From Chiloscyllium plagiosum (Eukaryota): a DNA stretch of 64,000 nt. A program made the position numbers and the translations under genes. How positions within the stretch are numbered: position 1 is the first letter of the stretch; the number at the start of each line of letters is the position of its first letter. This document shows, in pieces, positions 50,341-63,998 of this stretch. The DNA is taken from the NCBI RefSeq assembly GCF_004010195.1, contig NC_057746.1, positions 13,413,058-13,477,057 of the forward strand. Reading direction: 5' to 3'. The notes beneath the pieces were generated by a model. The model worked only from the letters and a program-made list of their open reading frames with translations. It was not told the origin of the DNA and searched no databases.

Positions 50341-51168
50341 AAGAAACAGTAGGTGACAACACACTAATCACTGCGGAAACCCATTGGATTTACATGTCCC
50401 AGTCAAAAAAAAGACACATCGAAAACCATGCTCCGTAATTCTAATTCTGGATTAATGTAGCCAATTTTGCTTGGCTCTGAACTTCTCTATCAATCGCCCA
50501 TGAAGGATTTTATCAAGAACCTGTCTGAAGTCAAATTAGATTACGTCAATTTCATTTTCCATCAGAAATACAGAGAACCTTCGTTGGGTGTTTGGCAAAT
50601 ATTTACTCTTGCTTGGATGTCCAGAATTGTGACTGCAGTAATTTAAGCCAGTGCAAAGGTTAAGTTTTTTCATTTAAGGTAACGCTTTTTAAAAGAATTG
50701 GATTGTTTCCAGTTGAGAGTACCTAAGACCAATATATGCATTTATTTGGAGAATGAATGTTAAGAGACATTTGGATACTGCAGGAGTGTAAAGTCACCTA
50801 CCAGATCTGACAGGACCTATTGACTGCTTAAAGAGATTAATCATTTCCATTTGTCTATTTTTTATATTGTGCGAACTGCGCACAAAATCCTTTAAAATGT
50901 GGAAGACACACTCTAAGTAGCTTATCTAAATTGACGAGGAAATTATTTTTACTGGTGTTTTTTATGCTTTTATTTATTTCTGTTTCATGTGTTTTGTCAT
51001 TAGGACCAATACCAAGCTGGCTTCTCATTAACATTTAGAGTAAATTATGTAAATTACCGCAATTACCATCACGTCTGAAGCAGAGGACTTCACCATGGAA
51101 ATTCCCCATCTGATATGTTAAAATTGTTAGATTTATAAGCTTGCTATATAAGGGGACTGCGTACTTAC

Positions 51169-51784
51169 TGTTATGGACCAGGCTCGACCTCCTCAAAATA
51201 TTTCGAGAAAGTGGCCCAGGACCTATCTTTGAACGTTGTTTTAAGCGGGTGAACAGTGAGTATTCCAGGAGAGATGCAGCTTGTCAATCACTTATTCTCA
51301 ACAAAATAGAATTTATTTACAATATCACCGAATGAAACACAAAAAAGCGATTAGAATACCGAATAACTTACTCTATTTGTAAACAGACTGTCCAACATAA
51401 TCGTACTGTTCCACAAACTTGTAACAAGCCCCATAAACACCGTGTGAAACAAAAGGTAAAATCAGACACCCATTCGAACAGGAGAGAAGTCAGAGAGAGA
51501 TATGCATAGACATGCTTCTTTGGGTTCAGCATCTTTTTCACCACGACTGCTGAGGCCAAACCAAACCAGAGAACAGCTGAGCTGGAAGCACTGGTTATTC
51601 TCCTTTCATTGTACAATTTAAAAAAAAACGTAAAAGCCTTTTGCCTGAGGCAGTATTTGTTAGCTATAATCTAACTGACCCGAAAAACCTTCAACTTAGA
51701 CTTTTCAGAATCGTTGTCTTTTACAACGTCTCTGGAAAAAAAAAGAAGACAACATAACCTTGTTAGAGGAGCAGCTTCGTCGCA
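51169..51784 (-). mobile_element. Solo LTR
   Basis: TGTTA...TCGCA termini; flanks cttac / gttac (5-bp TSD, one mismatch). Confidence 0.8.
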
Positions 51785-53107
51785 GTTACTCACCTGTCCT
51801 AAACGGTACAAGATGAAAACTTGGATGAGGTAGCTTTTGAAAATTCAAGGAGGGCTCAGGCTATTTTGTCGCAAAATATTTGTGAGATATTCATACTAGA
51901 ACTCATTAGTAACTGAATCATAACTGCGTTTCTCGTGATCTGAGTGCTGTCACGTTCCAAGTGGTTATATTTTGAAGGCTTTTTGTTGACTAACCGAGAA
52001 GGGTTCCAAATTAACGCTAATCAGCACACTAACTGTTTGCAAGAGGCATGAGATTTGTTCTGCCATGAAGGTGTGCTTGCGGCATGGATTGTTTTTCAAT
52101 GCACTTGAAATTCAGACACAATTCAGTCTTTTAGATCTGAAACAAGCTGTGGGAGCAAATGGAAGCCAAAAATCTCTGTGGTACATCAAACAGAAATCTG
52201 AACTGAAGTTTGTATGCGACTTTACTTCATTTAATTTACTCAGGAGTTGGAAAAAACCTGTAAAATTAGCTAAATTTATCTCAGAGAGCATATCTATAGG
52301 AAATGTCTAACTGTTCTGCCCTTAATGCTTACCACACCAAGGACGGAAACTAGTACAGGTAGCACCTTGGTGGTTCAGAATCAATTTAGACTGGAAGTAA
52401 GTGAGGATTGGTTAATAGGTAGAAATTGGAGAGTTTGAATAAATGCACTATTCTCAGGTTGGTAGACCATGAGCAGTAGATTGCCATCAGGATGAAGGAA
52501 CAAAGATGAAGCAGAGTTTTATTTTAATGATAGGTTATATGAAAGGATGGATATCCACACGAAAATTATTTGTCCTTGTTCTTAAGGCACTGAAAGATAG
52601 CATGCAAAGATAACAAGGAAGTTATGTTCGGTTTTATGTCAAGGCAATTTGAATACAGGAGCAAAGAGATTGCTAGAATTGTATGGAATACTGTATAAAC
52701 CATAGCTGCAGTCCTGTGGCTAGTTGTGAACACAATGCCAAAGGGAGAGTGCATTGGCCATGGAGGAAATGCATCAGAATTTCGGTGGACAGATTCCTGG
52801 GATGCTGGAATTGTCCTCTAAGGAGAGATTGAGGACATGTGGCAAGACTGCCTGAATTTAGAAGATATGAGTCAAACTATGAAACATAAAAAAATTGTAA
52901 AAGAGAGAGAGAGAGAGTAGGTATCAAAAGCAAATACTTCCATTAGTTCTCGACGCCAAAATCAATGAAATTATTTAGGAAGAACTAAGAGAGCAGCATA
53001 TTTGCTTACAGGCGAATATGCTTTTTTGGAATTCTTTAACTGAGATTGCAGTGGAAGCTTAGATATTAAGTCCATTCAAGACAAAGATTTGAAGATTTTA
53101 ATTTATT

Positions 53108-53335
53108 AATTAGATTCTCTACTATGTGGAAACAGGCCCTTCGGCCCAACACGTCCTCACTGTCCCTCCGAAAAGAACCCACCCAAATCCATTCCCTTAC
53201 CCTACAACTAGCCAATTCACCTGACCTGCACAGCTTTGTGATTGTGGGAGGAAGCCCACGCAAACACGGGGAGAGTTTGTACACTCCACACAGATAAGCC
53301 GGAGTCGAACCCAGGACTCTAGCACTGTGAGGTCA
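53108..53335 (-). mobile_element. HE1-like V-SINE
   Basis: Reverse complement of the 50025-50340 family. Confidence 0.85.
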
Positions 53336-53857
53336 GCAAGAAATTGGAGATGGTTTGGGAATACGGATAGTGGTCGATATTAAGCTATGATGTAGAATGG
53401 CACAGTAGACTCTATGTATTGACTCGCCTCATGTTTCTGTGGTTTAAGCAGAACTGAATGTTGAGTGAACGATGCAGTTTATGCCTATAAAAATGGAAAA
53501 TTTTACGCTGCTGTAAAGAACAACGTGTTCTGTTACTTTGAAATATGAACAAACTACAAAAAAGAGCGCTTAGACAATAAATGTTTTTGTCTGTTTTGAC
53601 AGTTTATGTTTCAAGTATGAAATATTGTTGCGATATTCCTTTTAACATTAATTGGTTGAATTTTATTTTGAGACATTGCTAGTCTCTAGGCGACTTGTAA
53701 CAAATTCTATTAATATATTTTAGTTACAAAACAACTCAGTCTTCAGAAGAGATGCTCTATGCTCCCTACTCCTGTTTGTTTTATTACATTCATAAGCAAA
53801 AAAATAATAATACCTCATGTTGTCAAATGGATAGCATTGATGAAATTCTTATTTCAG

Positions 53858-54150
53858 TGGGTGGCTCGCTGTGTCAGTGGTTAGAACAGCTGCCTCACAA
53901 AACCAGGAACCCGGTGTCTGTGTTGGTTTCTGCCAGCTTTTCCGAATTCCTACCACAGGACAAAGATGTTAGATGTATTCGTCGTTGCAAATTTCTCAGT
54001 AATGTCCATGCAAACGTAAATTAATCGGATTAGCCATGGTAAGTGCGGGGTTGTGTAGACAGGGTCATGGGCTATGTTTGTCTGGGGTGCTCTTGGGAGA
54101 GGGGGTGCTGACATAATGGGCCATGTGGTTTATTCCTGCAAGTTAGGATT
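53858..54150 (+). mobile_element. HE1-like V-SINE, degraded
   Basis: tcagtggttagaacagctgcctcaca...caaagatg...tagccatggtaa. Confidence 0.7.
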
Positions 54151-55270
54151 TTTTAACATGAAGGCTTTACATCAATCATGGATGGACAGTTAACATATGT
54201 TGGCAATCTCTAATAGTTTCAGATATTTTTTCATTTATTAGGTTTGGATCACTAACTGGGGTAGTGTAAAAGAAAGCTTGACAAGATGATGGATAAAGCC
54301 ATTACTAAATTGACAACAGAACTTTCTGTAAAAAAAAACTCAGCACACTTAGCCACATCTGTGATGAGAACGCAGAGCTATCTTTTCAGCTCCAGTCAGC
54401 ATTCATCAGCACTCTCCCCAAGTATGTGGAAATGTTTCTGTAGATGTTATTCACCTATTAATTAAGAAGATTGCGAATTTGCTTCTTATTGTCTTGTTTG
54501 TATGATATATTGTTACAAGGCTTTAACAGGCTGTAGACATGGTGGACATTCAAAGTGTTCTTTTGTCTTTGACGACCATCCTGTTACTTCTTGCCATTTC
54601 TTGCTATGAATGTTAATTCCTTTCTGTCATATATCTGTCCCATTTACAGAGAATCCATTTTACCAAACTGATTATATTAATCCTTTGATAATTATGGACG
54701 ACATTAGATACGTGCTTCAACATTTTTGAGTTCCTGCTCCAATACGGTCCTTTATGCAATGACACAAGCTAATTTCCAAAATGTGATAAAGAAAATGCTT
54801 GATATTCAAAATTATTGGAAGGTATAGAAATAATAATTGCCGCTTCTTGCAGGTTCACCCTCCAGCACAAGACAAGCTAGTTACTCAGAATTTGTGAATG
54901 ATACAAAAATAATTTTCTAGTCCGACGATCTTTCACCTGAGTATTTTGAGTGGAAAATCCTTTACCTGAAAGGTGAGCGTTGTGTTTCTTTCCTGATGCT
55001 TCCTGGTGTGCTTAGATTTATAATTTTTCTTTCTTTTTAATTTGCACCTATTTCAGATTTCAAGCATCTGCAGTATTTTGATTTTGGCGAATCTGTTGTT
55101 AAATAGCCGTGATGATAATGCAAACTCCTCACAACATTTGTTCGAAATTTTGCCAAATAATTGCTGCCCTTGCTGACCAATATCGTCCTTGTAGACCTTT
55201 AATACAGACAGCGTTCATAATTGGAAGTGTGAGATCAATGAATGGATGCTGAATGGGAATGTGTGAATTT

Positions 55271-55330
55271 GTCACTTTTGGCAGGAAGAATAAAAGTGCG
55301 GTCACTTTTGGCAGGAAGAATATAAGTGCG
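55271..55330. repeat. 30-bp tandem duplication inside a CR1 remnant
   Basis: gtcacttttggcaggaagaata(a/t)aagtgcg twice. Confidence 0.95.
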
Positions 55331-58159
55331 GTATTGTAGGCAACATTTAACATTGCATGATGGGAAAAATGGTGAATTCTCGAGTTATAATTTAGTAAAT
55401 TAAAAAACTGTTTAAAAAAACATATCAGAAACAGTAAACATGACACAGGCTGCGTTCTTAAGCTTGTAACGGCTCCTTGTACATTTCAAACTGCAGTCTT
55501 AGCCAACACAACAGGTCCGTATAATAGAAACAGAGTTATGCAATGCTGCAAATGTTGAAATTTTTTGACACTAAGGTTCAGTTGCGTTACAGGTGACGCA
55601 CATTTCATGATAATCTGTAATTGCTGAGCATATTTTAAAGTAGATAATGTGTTCCTTTTCTTTTGCAAATGCACGAAACCTGGAAGGGAAACAGGGAATG
55701 TTCTGGATCCCATTTCTTTTCAAGTCTCAGCCAAACTGCTGAAGTATTTACAATAAATGCTGATTATTGTCAGTTTAGTTGATTTTTGAGTATACTTGAT
55801 TTCTTTTGCTTTTGCAGATCCCTGCTGATTCAATTCTGCTTCAACAAAAGAAAGTAACATTTTGAATGAATGATCATTCATCATTCAATAAATAGACAAA
55901 TACGTATTTAATATGTTCAATAAATGAGAAGACTTGCAGACATCTGAGATGAACAGGGATCCACATGACCGCACGCACGAACATTTCAAAGCTCGTTCCA
56001 CAGAACCATGACCATTAAAAGGTCAAGAGCGGCATATACCTAGAGAAAGCAGCACCTCTAGATTTCTCCTTCATATCACGTATTGTCTGAGTGGGAAATT
56101 CGTTGCCATTCCTTCAGTGGCCTCGGGAAAAAATAATGGAATTCGCTCAGCTACGGTATTGTGTGACGACTTACAAAATTTTGACTGCAGCAGTTCAAGA
56201 ATGCAGTGCACCAGCATCTTCTCAATGGCAATAAATGACTTGCAATAACTGCTGATCGAACCAGCGATGCCCACATCCCAAATGAGTGTTTGTTTTTTAA
56301 AGATAGCATTCAGGTGCAGAGGATATTTAAGAAATCGAAAGACATATTAATAGTTATCACAACGGAAATTGAAAACAAAACAATGTACGCTCTGCTTCAT
56401 TTATACAGGATGTGAGCACATCTTGTGTAGTGTGCACATATACACTTCACCCTATTTCAGAAAAGATGAAAATGTGCTAGATGCATTTTGGTGCAGGTTT
56501 ATTCGACTTCTTCTGCAATGTGATGTTTGACATTTCAGAGAATATTAGACAAGGTAAGCTTGTAATCTCTGTAGTTTAGAAGATTAAGGTGTCTATTGTT
56601 TGAAATACGCAAGAACCTGAAGGATCTTTCTTCTGATAGGAACATATAGAATTCGGGGGCCCAAAAATCATGTATCACCTATTTAAAACTGAGATAAGAT
56701 GATTTTCTTGCTTTTGATTATTTCGAATTTTTGTAAATCTGCTTCTGTAAAGCTGCTTGAAACATGGCCCGTTGCTTTTCTTAAGGCAACGTTAGATATG
56801 TTCTTGTTAGAAAAGGGATTGATTTTTTAAATATCAGGGATCGTCAGAAAGGTAGATTTGAGGGTGAATCACATTAATTGTATATTTTATTTCAATTGAC
56901 AGCGCAAAGTCTGAACGTCTTATTGTCATTCTTTATTCTATTCACGCTTGCATTCTTTTCTCACATGCCAACACCGCCACCCCATTCCATTATCAGATAT
57001 TAACCTAGTGACATTATACTGTATTCTTCCTTGGGCAATATATCCTTTCTCTTTAGGCAGAGGGACGAAATCTGCTCACAATACTTGGCAATGGCTTCAG
57101 CAATGTTTCTCTAATTACTACAAACCCCTTCTACGGAAAAATTCCAGGTTGACACATATATTAAAACGCTGTTTGATATCCTACGTGCGGGTTCTGATTT
57201 TACATTAACATTCTGTTTTATTCACAAAGCCCCAGGACACCTCCAAATCGTTCCCAGATCCCAAATATTCCACAAAATTCTAGTTGCCTGTTATTTTTGC
57301 TGATGATCTGGATAGCATCGCCAACCATACTCTAGTTCTCATTTTCTTGCTTAATTTTGCAACCTATCTAAAACTGATAAAATTATTGTGTCCTCATGCT
57401 GAATTCTTTCCCCACCACACCTCCTGAAGTGTATATGTGTAAAAATGGCAACTCCAAGCCAGATCATCTGACTCTATGATTCTATGATAATAAGCAATTG
57501 GTGAAGAAAAGAAAAATCGGTGAGAATAGGCATCTTGCAAAATAAAAGGACTTCCTGTAAGAACAAGCTGTATTGCAATGACACATGTACTTATTTTTGA
57601 CCGCCAAACACAGAGGAATTCTTGTGAAAAGTACTCAGAGGACGCGATTCAGCAAAGAACATCAACTACACCATGCTATTAATGTCGGGACTTTCACAGT
57701 TCGTTGGACCATGCGATTTGGGTTCACGACTGATACTGTGCAAATTGAGGCTGAGCTCCAAATGCTAGCCGTTGCTGAGGAGTCCCTATAGGCGAAAAGA
57801 TGTGAGACTCATTTGATTGAATATATCTATGTACCTTAAACTAACCGTGTTATTGAAATATATCTAAAGTAGTGTTACCTAATATTTTTAAAATATGCCT
57901 AAGGAAAGAAATTTACATTATATCGGAACTTACATGTTTTCTTGCATTCATTTTGATAATGTCTGAAAGACTAGTTAGGACATTTCATCCTGTCACTGCA
58001 GATAGCATCACAAGAAATGTTGGAAACTGAGACTGAGGCCCTCAGTGAGGTCATCAGCGTATACTAAACAGTAAAGTTAAAAACAAGGGCTGCAGATGCT
58101 GGAAACCAGGTCTGGATTATAGTGTTGCTGTAAAAGCACAGCAGGTCAGGCAGCTTTTG

Positions 58160-58697
58160 TCCTTTTCTTTTCTGAAGAAACGCTGAGGCAGACATATCGA
58201 ACGATCTGCTGAAAACTGTTAGGGTAAACAGCTTCTGAGACCTTAGGTTGATTTTCACGTTTGAACAATAGAAGCAACCCGAATGGGGAGGGTCAAGCTG
58301 CCAGAGAACCAAAATTTTTAATTTAGCTTTAAGCAGTAGTTATTGTAGTTGTGAAAACTGCGACGTCTGACTCTCTTTGTTACAGTTAAAATCTAGGTTC
58401 CTCTTCCTGCTTGTAGAATTACATGCGAGAGAATCTATTTCACTGAATTTGCCTTTACCTTTGTGGTATGTTACTATACTCGAGCAGTTAATTAGTAGTA
58501 GTTAGCATATACATTATATTGTTAAGCATTTAGTAAAGTAACAATGAAGCGAATTATTTTCTTTTATTTGTATTATGTCTGTATTTTAACTGTAGTGTAA
58601 AAATAAATGTCTTACACTTACCTTTAAAAGATAAAACGGTCATTTCTAGTTTGTTTCCTAGATATATTTTAATGGGGGCTTGATCTGATCTATAATA
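58160..58697 (+). mobile_element. Solo LTR, degraded, preceded by a partial family A Penelope repeat (58085-58153)
   Basis: tgaatttgccttt...ttttaactgtagtgtaaaaataaatg shared with 45813-46519. Confidence 0.65.
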
Positions 58698-59844
58698 TCC
58701 TTACAATCTCCATATTTTCTTGATTGCTGGTGAAATATTCACAGACGTTCAACCACCCGGGGTTGTTCCAGAACATGGGAAATTTTAGCAGATTACAGTC
58801 CATGCATCTATTACTTTCCTAGATATTTAGCTGATAAACCGAGATGCATCACATCCGTTTATGTCAACGTGTCAGTAGTTTCCTTCTCAAGAAATCATTA
58901 CTGATTTACTTTCTGCCATTCCTTTTGACTTTGATTGCCCATTAATTTTGGGATCGTTATCTGTGAGACTACGTCACTAAATTTCACAAGATTGTTCCTT
59001 TTCAAATTGACGCTTTAGTTCAGCATAGACAATGTATCATTCACAGATCATCTGAAATTAGTACATTTGTTGCAGAATAAGGGATTGTTTCATTAAATGT
59101 GCATCACTGCTTCTTGATAGTAAGACTTGAAACCTGAATTATCACTTGCGTCACATTGTGCTCCTTTCTTCAATTTAATATGCAAGTTCCAAAACTACTT
59201 CCCTCACCTTCAAGCTTAAAATACATACCATCATGTCTCAGTCACAGTTTACGAGAACACCACTTACCATGAAGTCATCAATTCATCCTGTCTCATTACT
59301 CGTTGCCAATTCCAAAATAAGCCGTTTCATTTATTGGTAGAAGGATGTATTATTCGGGAAAGAAAAGTCCTCAATTCTGTCTATGAACTCATCCTCTGCT
59401 CCACTTAGGATTAATTCATGTCTTCAATTTGCATGAAAATGACAATTTTCCTTTATTCTTTTCTGAGACATCAGCATTGCTCGCTGGTCCTGCAATTATT
59501 GCCTGCCTGTAGGTTTTCTTTAGAAGTCGGTAACGGGCAGGCTTCTGGAACCTCTGCAGTCCATCTGCACTTAATAGACCCACAATGCTGTTTGTGAGGG
59601 AATTCCAAAATTTGAAGTTAGTGGCAGTGAAAGAATAGTCATATATTTGAAGTCCAGAAGGAGAGGAATGTGCAATTGGCGGTTTTCACAGGGATCTAGT
59701 GCCCTTAACCTTGCACATGGAAATGTTTGTGGCTTCGGATGGAATGGTCTAACGATCTTCCATGAATTTCTGCAGTGCATCTCATAGATAGTGCATATTT
59801 TCTGCTTATGAATATTGATGGTGGCACAAGTGGACCTAGAAGAA

Positions 59845-62760
59845 TAGATCATACGACTATAAGACATAGGAGCAGAAATTAGGGCATTTGGCGCACCTAG
59901 TCTGTTCAACCATGGCTGATAGGGGTTTCAATCCCATTTTCACTTTTACTTCCCATATTATTTGATCTCCTTGACAAATACTAGCTTGTTTCCCTCTGTC
60001 TTAATTATACTTAATGATCTGGCTTTCACTGCCTTCTGTGGCAATGAATTCTATAGATTCACCACTTTCTGGCTGAAGAAGTTCTTCATTACTTCCGTTC
60101 TAAAGGGTCTTCCCTTTACTCTAAGGCTGTGCCCTCAAGTTGTCCTCTCTCCTGTCAATGGAAACAAATTCCGAACGTCCACTTTGCCCAGGCTGACCAG
60201 TGATCTGCAAGCTTCAATCATATCCACTTTTCATCCTTTTAAACCCCATTGAGTATAGTCCCTGAGTCCTCAAACATTCCTCATCTGTTGAACCTTTCAT
60301 TAACTTTATTCTCGTTAACCTCCTTTCAACCTGTTCCGGGACCAATGCGTCTCTGCTGAGGTATGGGGCCCAAAATGTCTCACTATACTTAAAATGTGGT
60401 CGGATCAGAGCCTTATTAATCCTGAGAAAGACATCCTTGCTTTTCTATTCTAGTCCTATCGAGATGAATGACAACAGTAAATTTGCCTTCCCAAGTAATA
60501 ACTCAACCTGCAAGTTTACATGAAGGTAAACCTGGACGAGGACTCACAAGTCCATTTGCACTTCAGGTTTCTAAAATTTCTCCACATTTAGAAAATAACC
60601 CATACCTTGATTCTTCCGATCAACGTGCATAACCTCACACATTTGCGGCGTTGCATTTCATCTGCCACTTCTTCGCCCATTATACCAACCCTGCCTAAAA
60701 CTTTCTGCAGCCTCCTTGCCCCCCTTCAATACTACCTGTACCTTCACGTATTTCTCTCTCATATGAAAACCTCACCACAATACCCTCAGTTCCTTCATTT
60801 AGATCATTTATGTATAAAGTGAAGATTTGTGGTCCCAACACTGCGACTTGTGGAACAACACCAGCCACCAGTTTGCAACAGAAAGATCCTTTTAACCGCA
60901 CTTGCTGCCTTCTGCCAGACGGCCAATCATCTGGCCAAACAAGTACCTTGCCTCTGACAACATGGTCCCTTACCTTACTCAGCAGTCTCCTGTACAAAAT
61001 CTTTTAAATGGCCTTCTGGAAGTCCAGGTAGATAACATGCATTGGATCTCCTTGCTCTAACCTGCTCGTTACCTCCTCAAAGAATTATAACAGGTTTTTC
61101 AGGCATGACATTCCCTTGATGAAACCATGCTGATTTTCCCTATTTTACCATGCATTTCCAAGTATTCAGAAGTCTCATCCTTCATAATGGACTACAAAAT
61201 CTTAGCAACGACTGAGGTCAGTCTAATCAGCCTATAATTTCCCATCTTTTGCTTTACTCCCGTTTTAATTAGGGGGTTACGTTTTGGATTTTCCAGTCCT
61301 CTGGGACCGTTTGTCACTCCAATGATATCTGAAAGATCACTGCTCAGGTCTGCACTGTCTCTTTAGCTATCTCCTTCGGAACTCTAGGGTATAGCCCATC
61401 TGGTCCAGATGATTTATCCACTTTCAATTCTTCTAGTACCTCCTCCTTGATGATGTCTATCACAGTCATCTCTGCTCCCGAATCTCTTGAACGTTTGGGG
61501 TGTTACTCACGTCTTCCACTGTGAAGACTGCCACGGGGTACTTGTGTAGTTTCTTAGCCATTTCTTTGATCCTCGTTTCTACTTCTCAAGCATCATTTTC
61601 CAGCTGTAAATGTCCATTTTAGCCTATCTTTTGTCCTTTATGTATCTAAAGTATTTCTTGCAATCTTCCCTAATATCAGCTAGCTTACTCGCATATTTAA
61701 TCTTCTCCCTCCTTATGTTTTTCTTCATTGTCCTCTGTTGGGCTTTGTAGAAATCCCAATCCTCTGACTTCCCAACTGCCCATCACTGTATCATGTACTT
61801 TCTCTTTTGCTTTTATGCTGACCCTGGTACACTGTTTAGCCATGCTTGCCACATCCTCTTTGTAGTATGCTTGTTTTTCCTCAGGATGAAGTTTTGCTCT
61901 ATCTCCCGAGCTTCTCCACAGGAACTCCTGCTAATGCTGTCCCACCATCTTTCCTATTTGGCTCCTGACCCGATAACTCTGGTCAGCTCCTCTGTCATGA
62001 CTCTGCACTTGCCTTTCTTCAGCTGCAACACAGTTACACCTGATTCCATCTTCTCCCTCTCAAATTGCAAAGTAAATTCTATCATATTATGCCTCATACG
62101 GGTTCCATCATCTTAAGATCCTTCATCAAGTCTGCCTCACTGTACAAATTTCAATCCAGCATTGCCGGTTCCCCAGTGGGCTCCACCACAAACTGCTCCA
62201 AAAAGCCATCGCATCGACGTTCCCCAAATTTCTTTTGCACTTCACTACCAACCTGGTTTTCCTAGTCCACCTGCAAATTGAAATACCCATAATCAATGTA
62301 ACCTTGACTTTCTTGCATGCTAGTTCTATCTCTTGGTGTATCTTATGTCGCCAAATCCTGACGACAGTTTGGGTGCCTGTAGGTAACCCCCTTATGTTTT
62401 TATTTTACCAATGCGGTTCCTCAACTCTACCCACACAAATTCTATCACATCTGATCCTACTTCACTTGTTGCTATTGCTTTAATCTCAGTCTTTACTAAC
62501 AAGGCAACCCCCTCTGCTCTCCTTCCTGTTTTTTGATAGGTTGTATATCCTTGGATATTTAACACCCAGTCCTGACCCCCTTGCAGCCACATCTTCGTGA
62601 TGCTGACTACATCTTCTCTGCCAATTTCGATCGATGCAACAAGGTCATTTACCCTATGTTGCATATAGTGTGCATCTAACATCATCATTCCTGTACTAAC
62701 TGTTTCGCTTCTCATTGGTATTCGTTTATGCAGTGTGTTCAAAGTTTGATTCCTTACCTT
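59845..62760 (-). mobile_element. CR1 LINE, nearly complete ORF2 (APE to tail), disrupted
   Basis: DVVSITKMWLQGGQDWVLNIQGY (APE), VPQVAVLGPQIFTLYINDL (RT), tail near 59850. Confidence 0.93.
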
Positions 62761-62899
62761 TTACAAACATTCAGTCCTCATTTCTGTGCCGGAGACTTCA
62801 ATAATCTCAACTGACTTCTCCTTTCTTTTCATTTTATCATATTTTCAATGCAATTGAATCCATCACCGCAGGCGTTAACTTGAGGTTTGTTTCATCTTG

Positions 62900-63350
62900 G
62901 TTATTATACTTCTTGGAGTTATTTTTCCACGACAGCTCTTTTCGACAGACATCGCTCTTGCAGGTGGGACACATTATCTTCAGAGTCTTCTTGGGCTGCC
63001 ATGTAGTTTTCACCCTCAAGTCTTGCTACGAATGTTCTCTGCATTCTTCACTGAGGGCGTGACTTCCAGGTTTATGTATTTTTTTCGCCTCGCCCCAGGC
63101 TTTCCCAAATAGTTTGGTTGTTGTGATGCCATCGTCATCCAAAGTGGTCCTGCCATCAGTGTTACCATGTTGGGAAGGTATAAAGTGGATATCTTCTTGC
63201 ACTGGGTAAAGGTCAAGGTAACAGGACGTCTTGTCAATGATTTTCCAATGCACAAACGTCGGGCTGGTTGTAAGTCATTAATGCTGAAACTTTGTGAATG
63301 CATTGATCTTGATTTCCACTGTTGTCTGTCGCCAACAACTGTTGTTTAAT
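62900..63350 (-). mobile_element. Probable old RTE-clade LINE 3' remnant
   Basis: DDGITTTKLFGKAWG and terminal MCPTCK resemble RTE MDD.RIPK.LL.GEL and the C-terminal CxxC. Confidence 0.4.
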
Positions 63351-63889
63351 CTAGTTTGTCAAACTTGCTGTCAAGCCCAATTTTCCACTTAAGATCAATT
63401 GAGAATATCTAATTTTTAGCTTGTAATAGCTTTGCCACTATCCCTTCTGTTGACCTCTTGAAGCATCGAGTGAAAATAGGATCTTTGTCGCGGGCCACGC
63501 AGTTGGCAGGCCCGAATCAAGTCTCCGACATAAAGACCAAGTGCCTGAGAAACTGGGTTCCCATTTGTACATAATTATTAGTACCCGATACACTAAGTAA
63601 CTTACTTTGCAAATCAGTAAGCAGAACAGGGCTATATATAAAAAAAAACTGAAGAAATAAATTGATAATCAGGTACTCCATACGTGCACTGTGTCGGTCT
63701 CTACCCTCTTTGTCTGTTTGCAGCACTTAGTAGAGTAGAATTTAAATTGTGTTTTCTTGTGTCAGTCCAGGTTTATTAATATTTAGGCTTCCACTGCAGG
63801 AAAATCGAGCCCACTGTTAATTTCTGTGTGTGTTTATTCTACAACCAAATGAAATTAACGGTGAGAATAATGAGGTCAACTAAAGTAAA

Positions 63890-63998
63890 ACTGATGCTCG
63901 AAAAGCACAGCAGGTCAGGCAGCATTTGAGGAGCAGGAGAATCGACGTTTCAGTAAAAAAATTCGACGTTTTTCCAACGCAACACGATCCTCACTTTT
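63890..63998 (-). mobile_element. Partial family A Penelope repeat with inverted end
   Basis: gaaaagcacagcaggtcaggcagcat...aatcgacgtttc, then tcctcactttt. Confidence 0.75.

Noticed and set aside
50566-50658. 93-nt Cys-rich open phase 1-1 exon candidate
   Set aside because: The sequence aligns with a degraded CR1 3' region (gatgtccagaa...catttaag), and the donor is weak.
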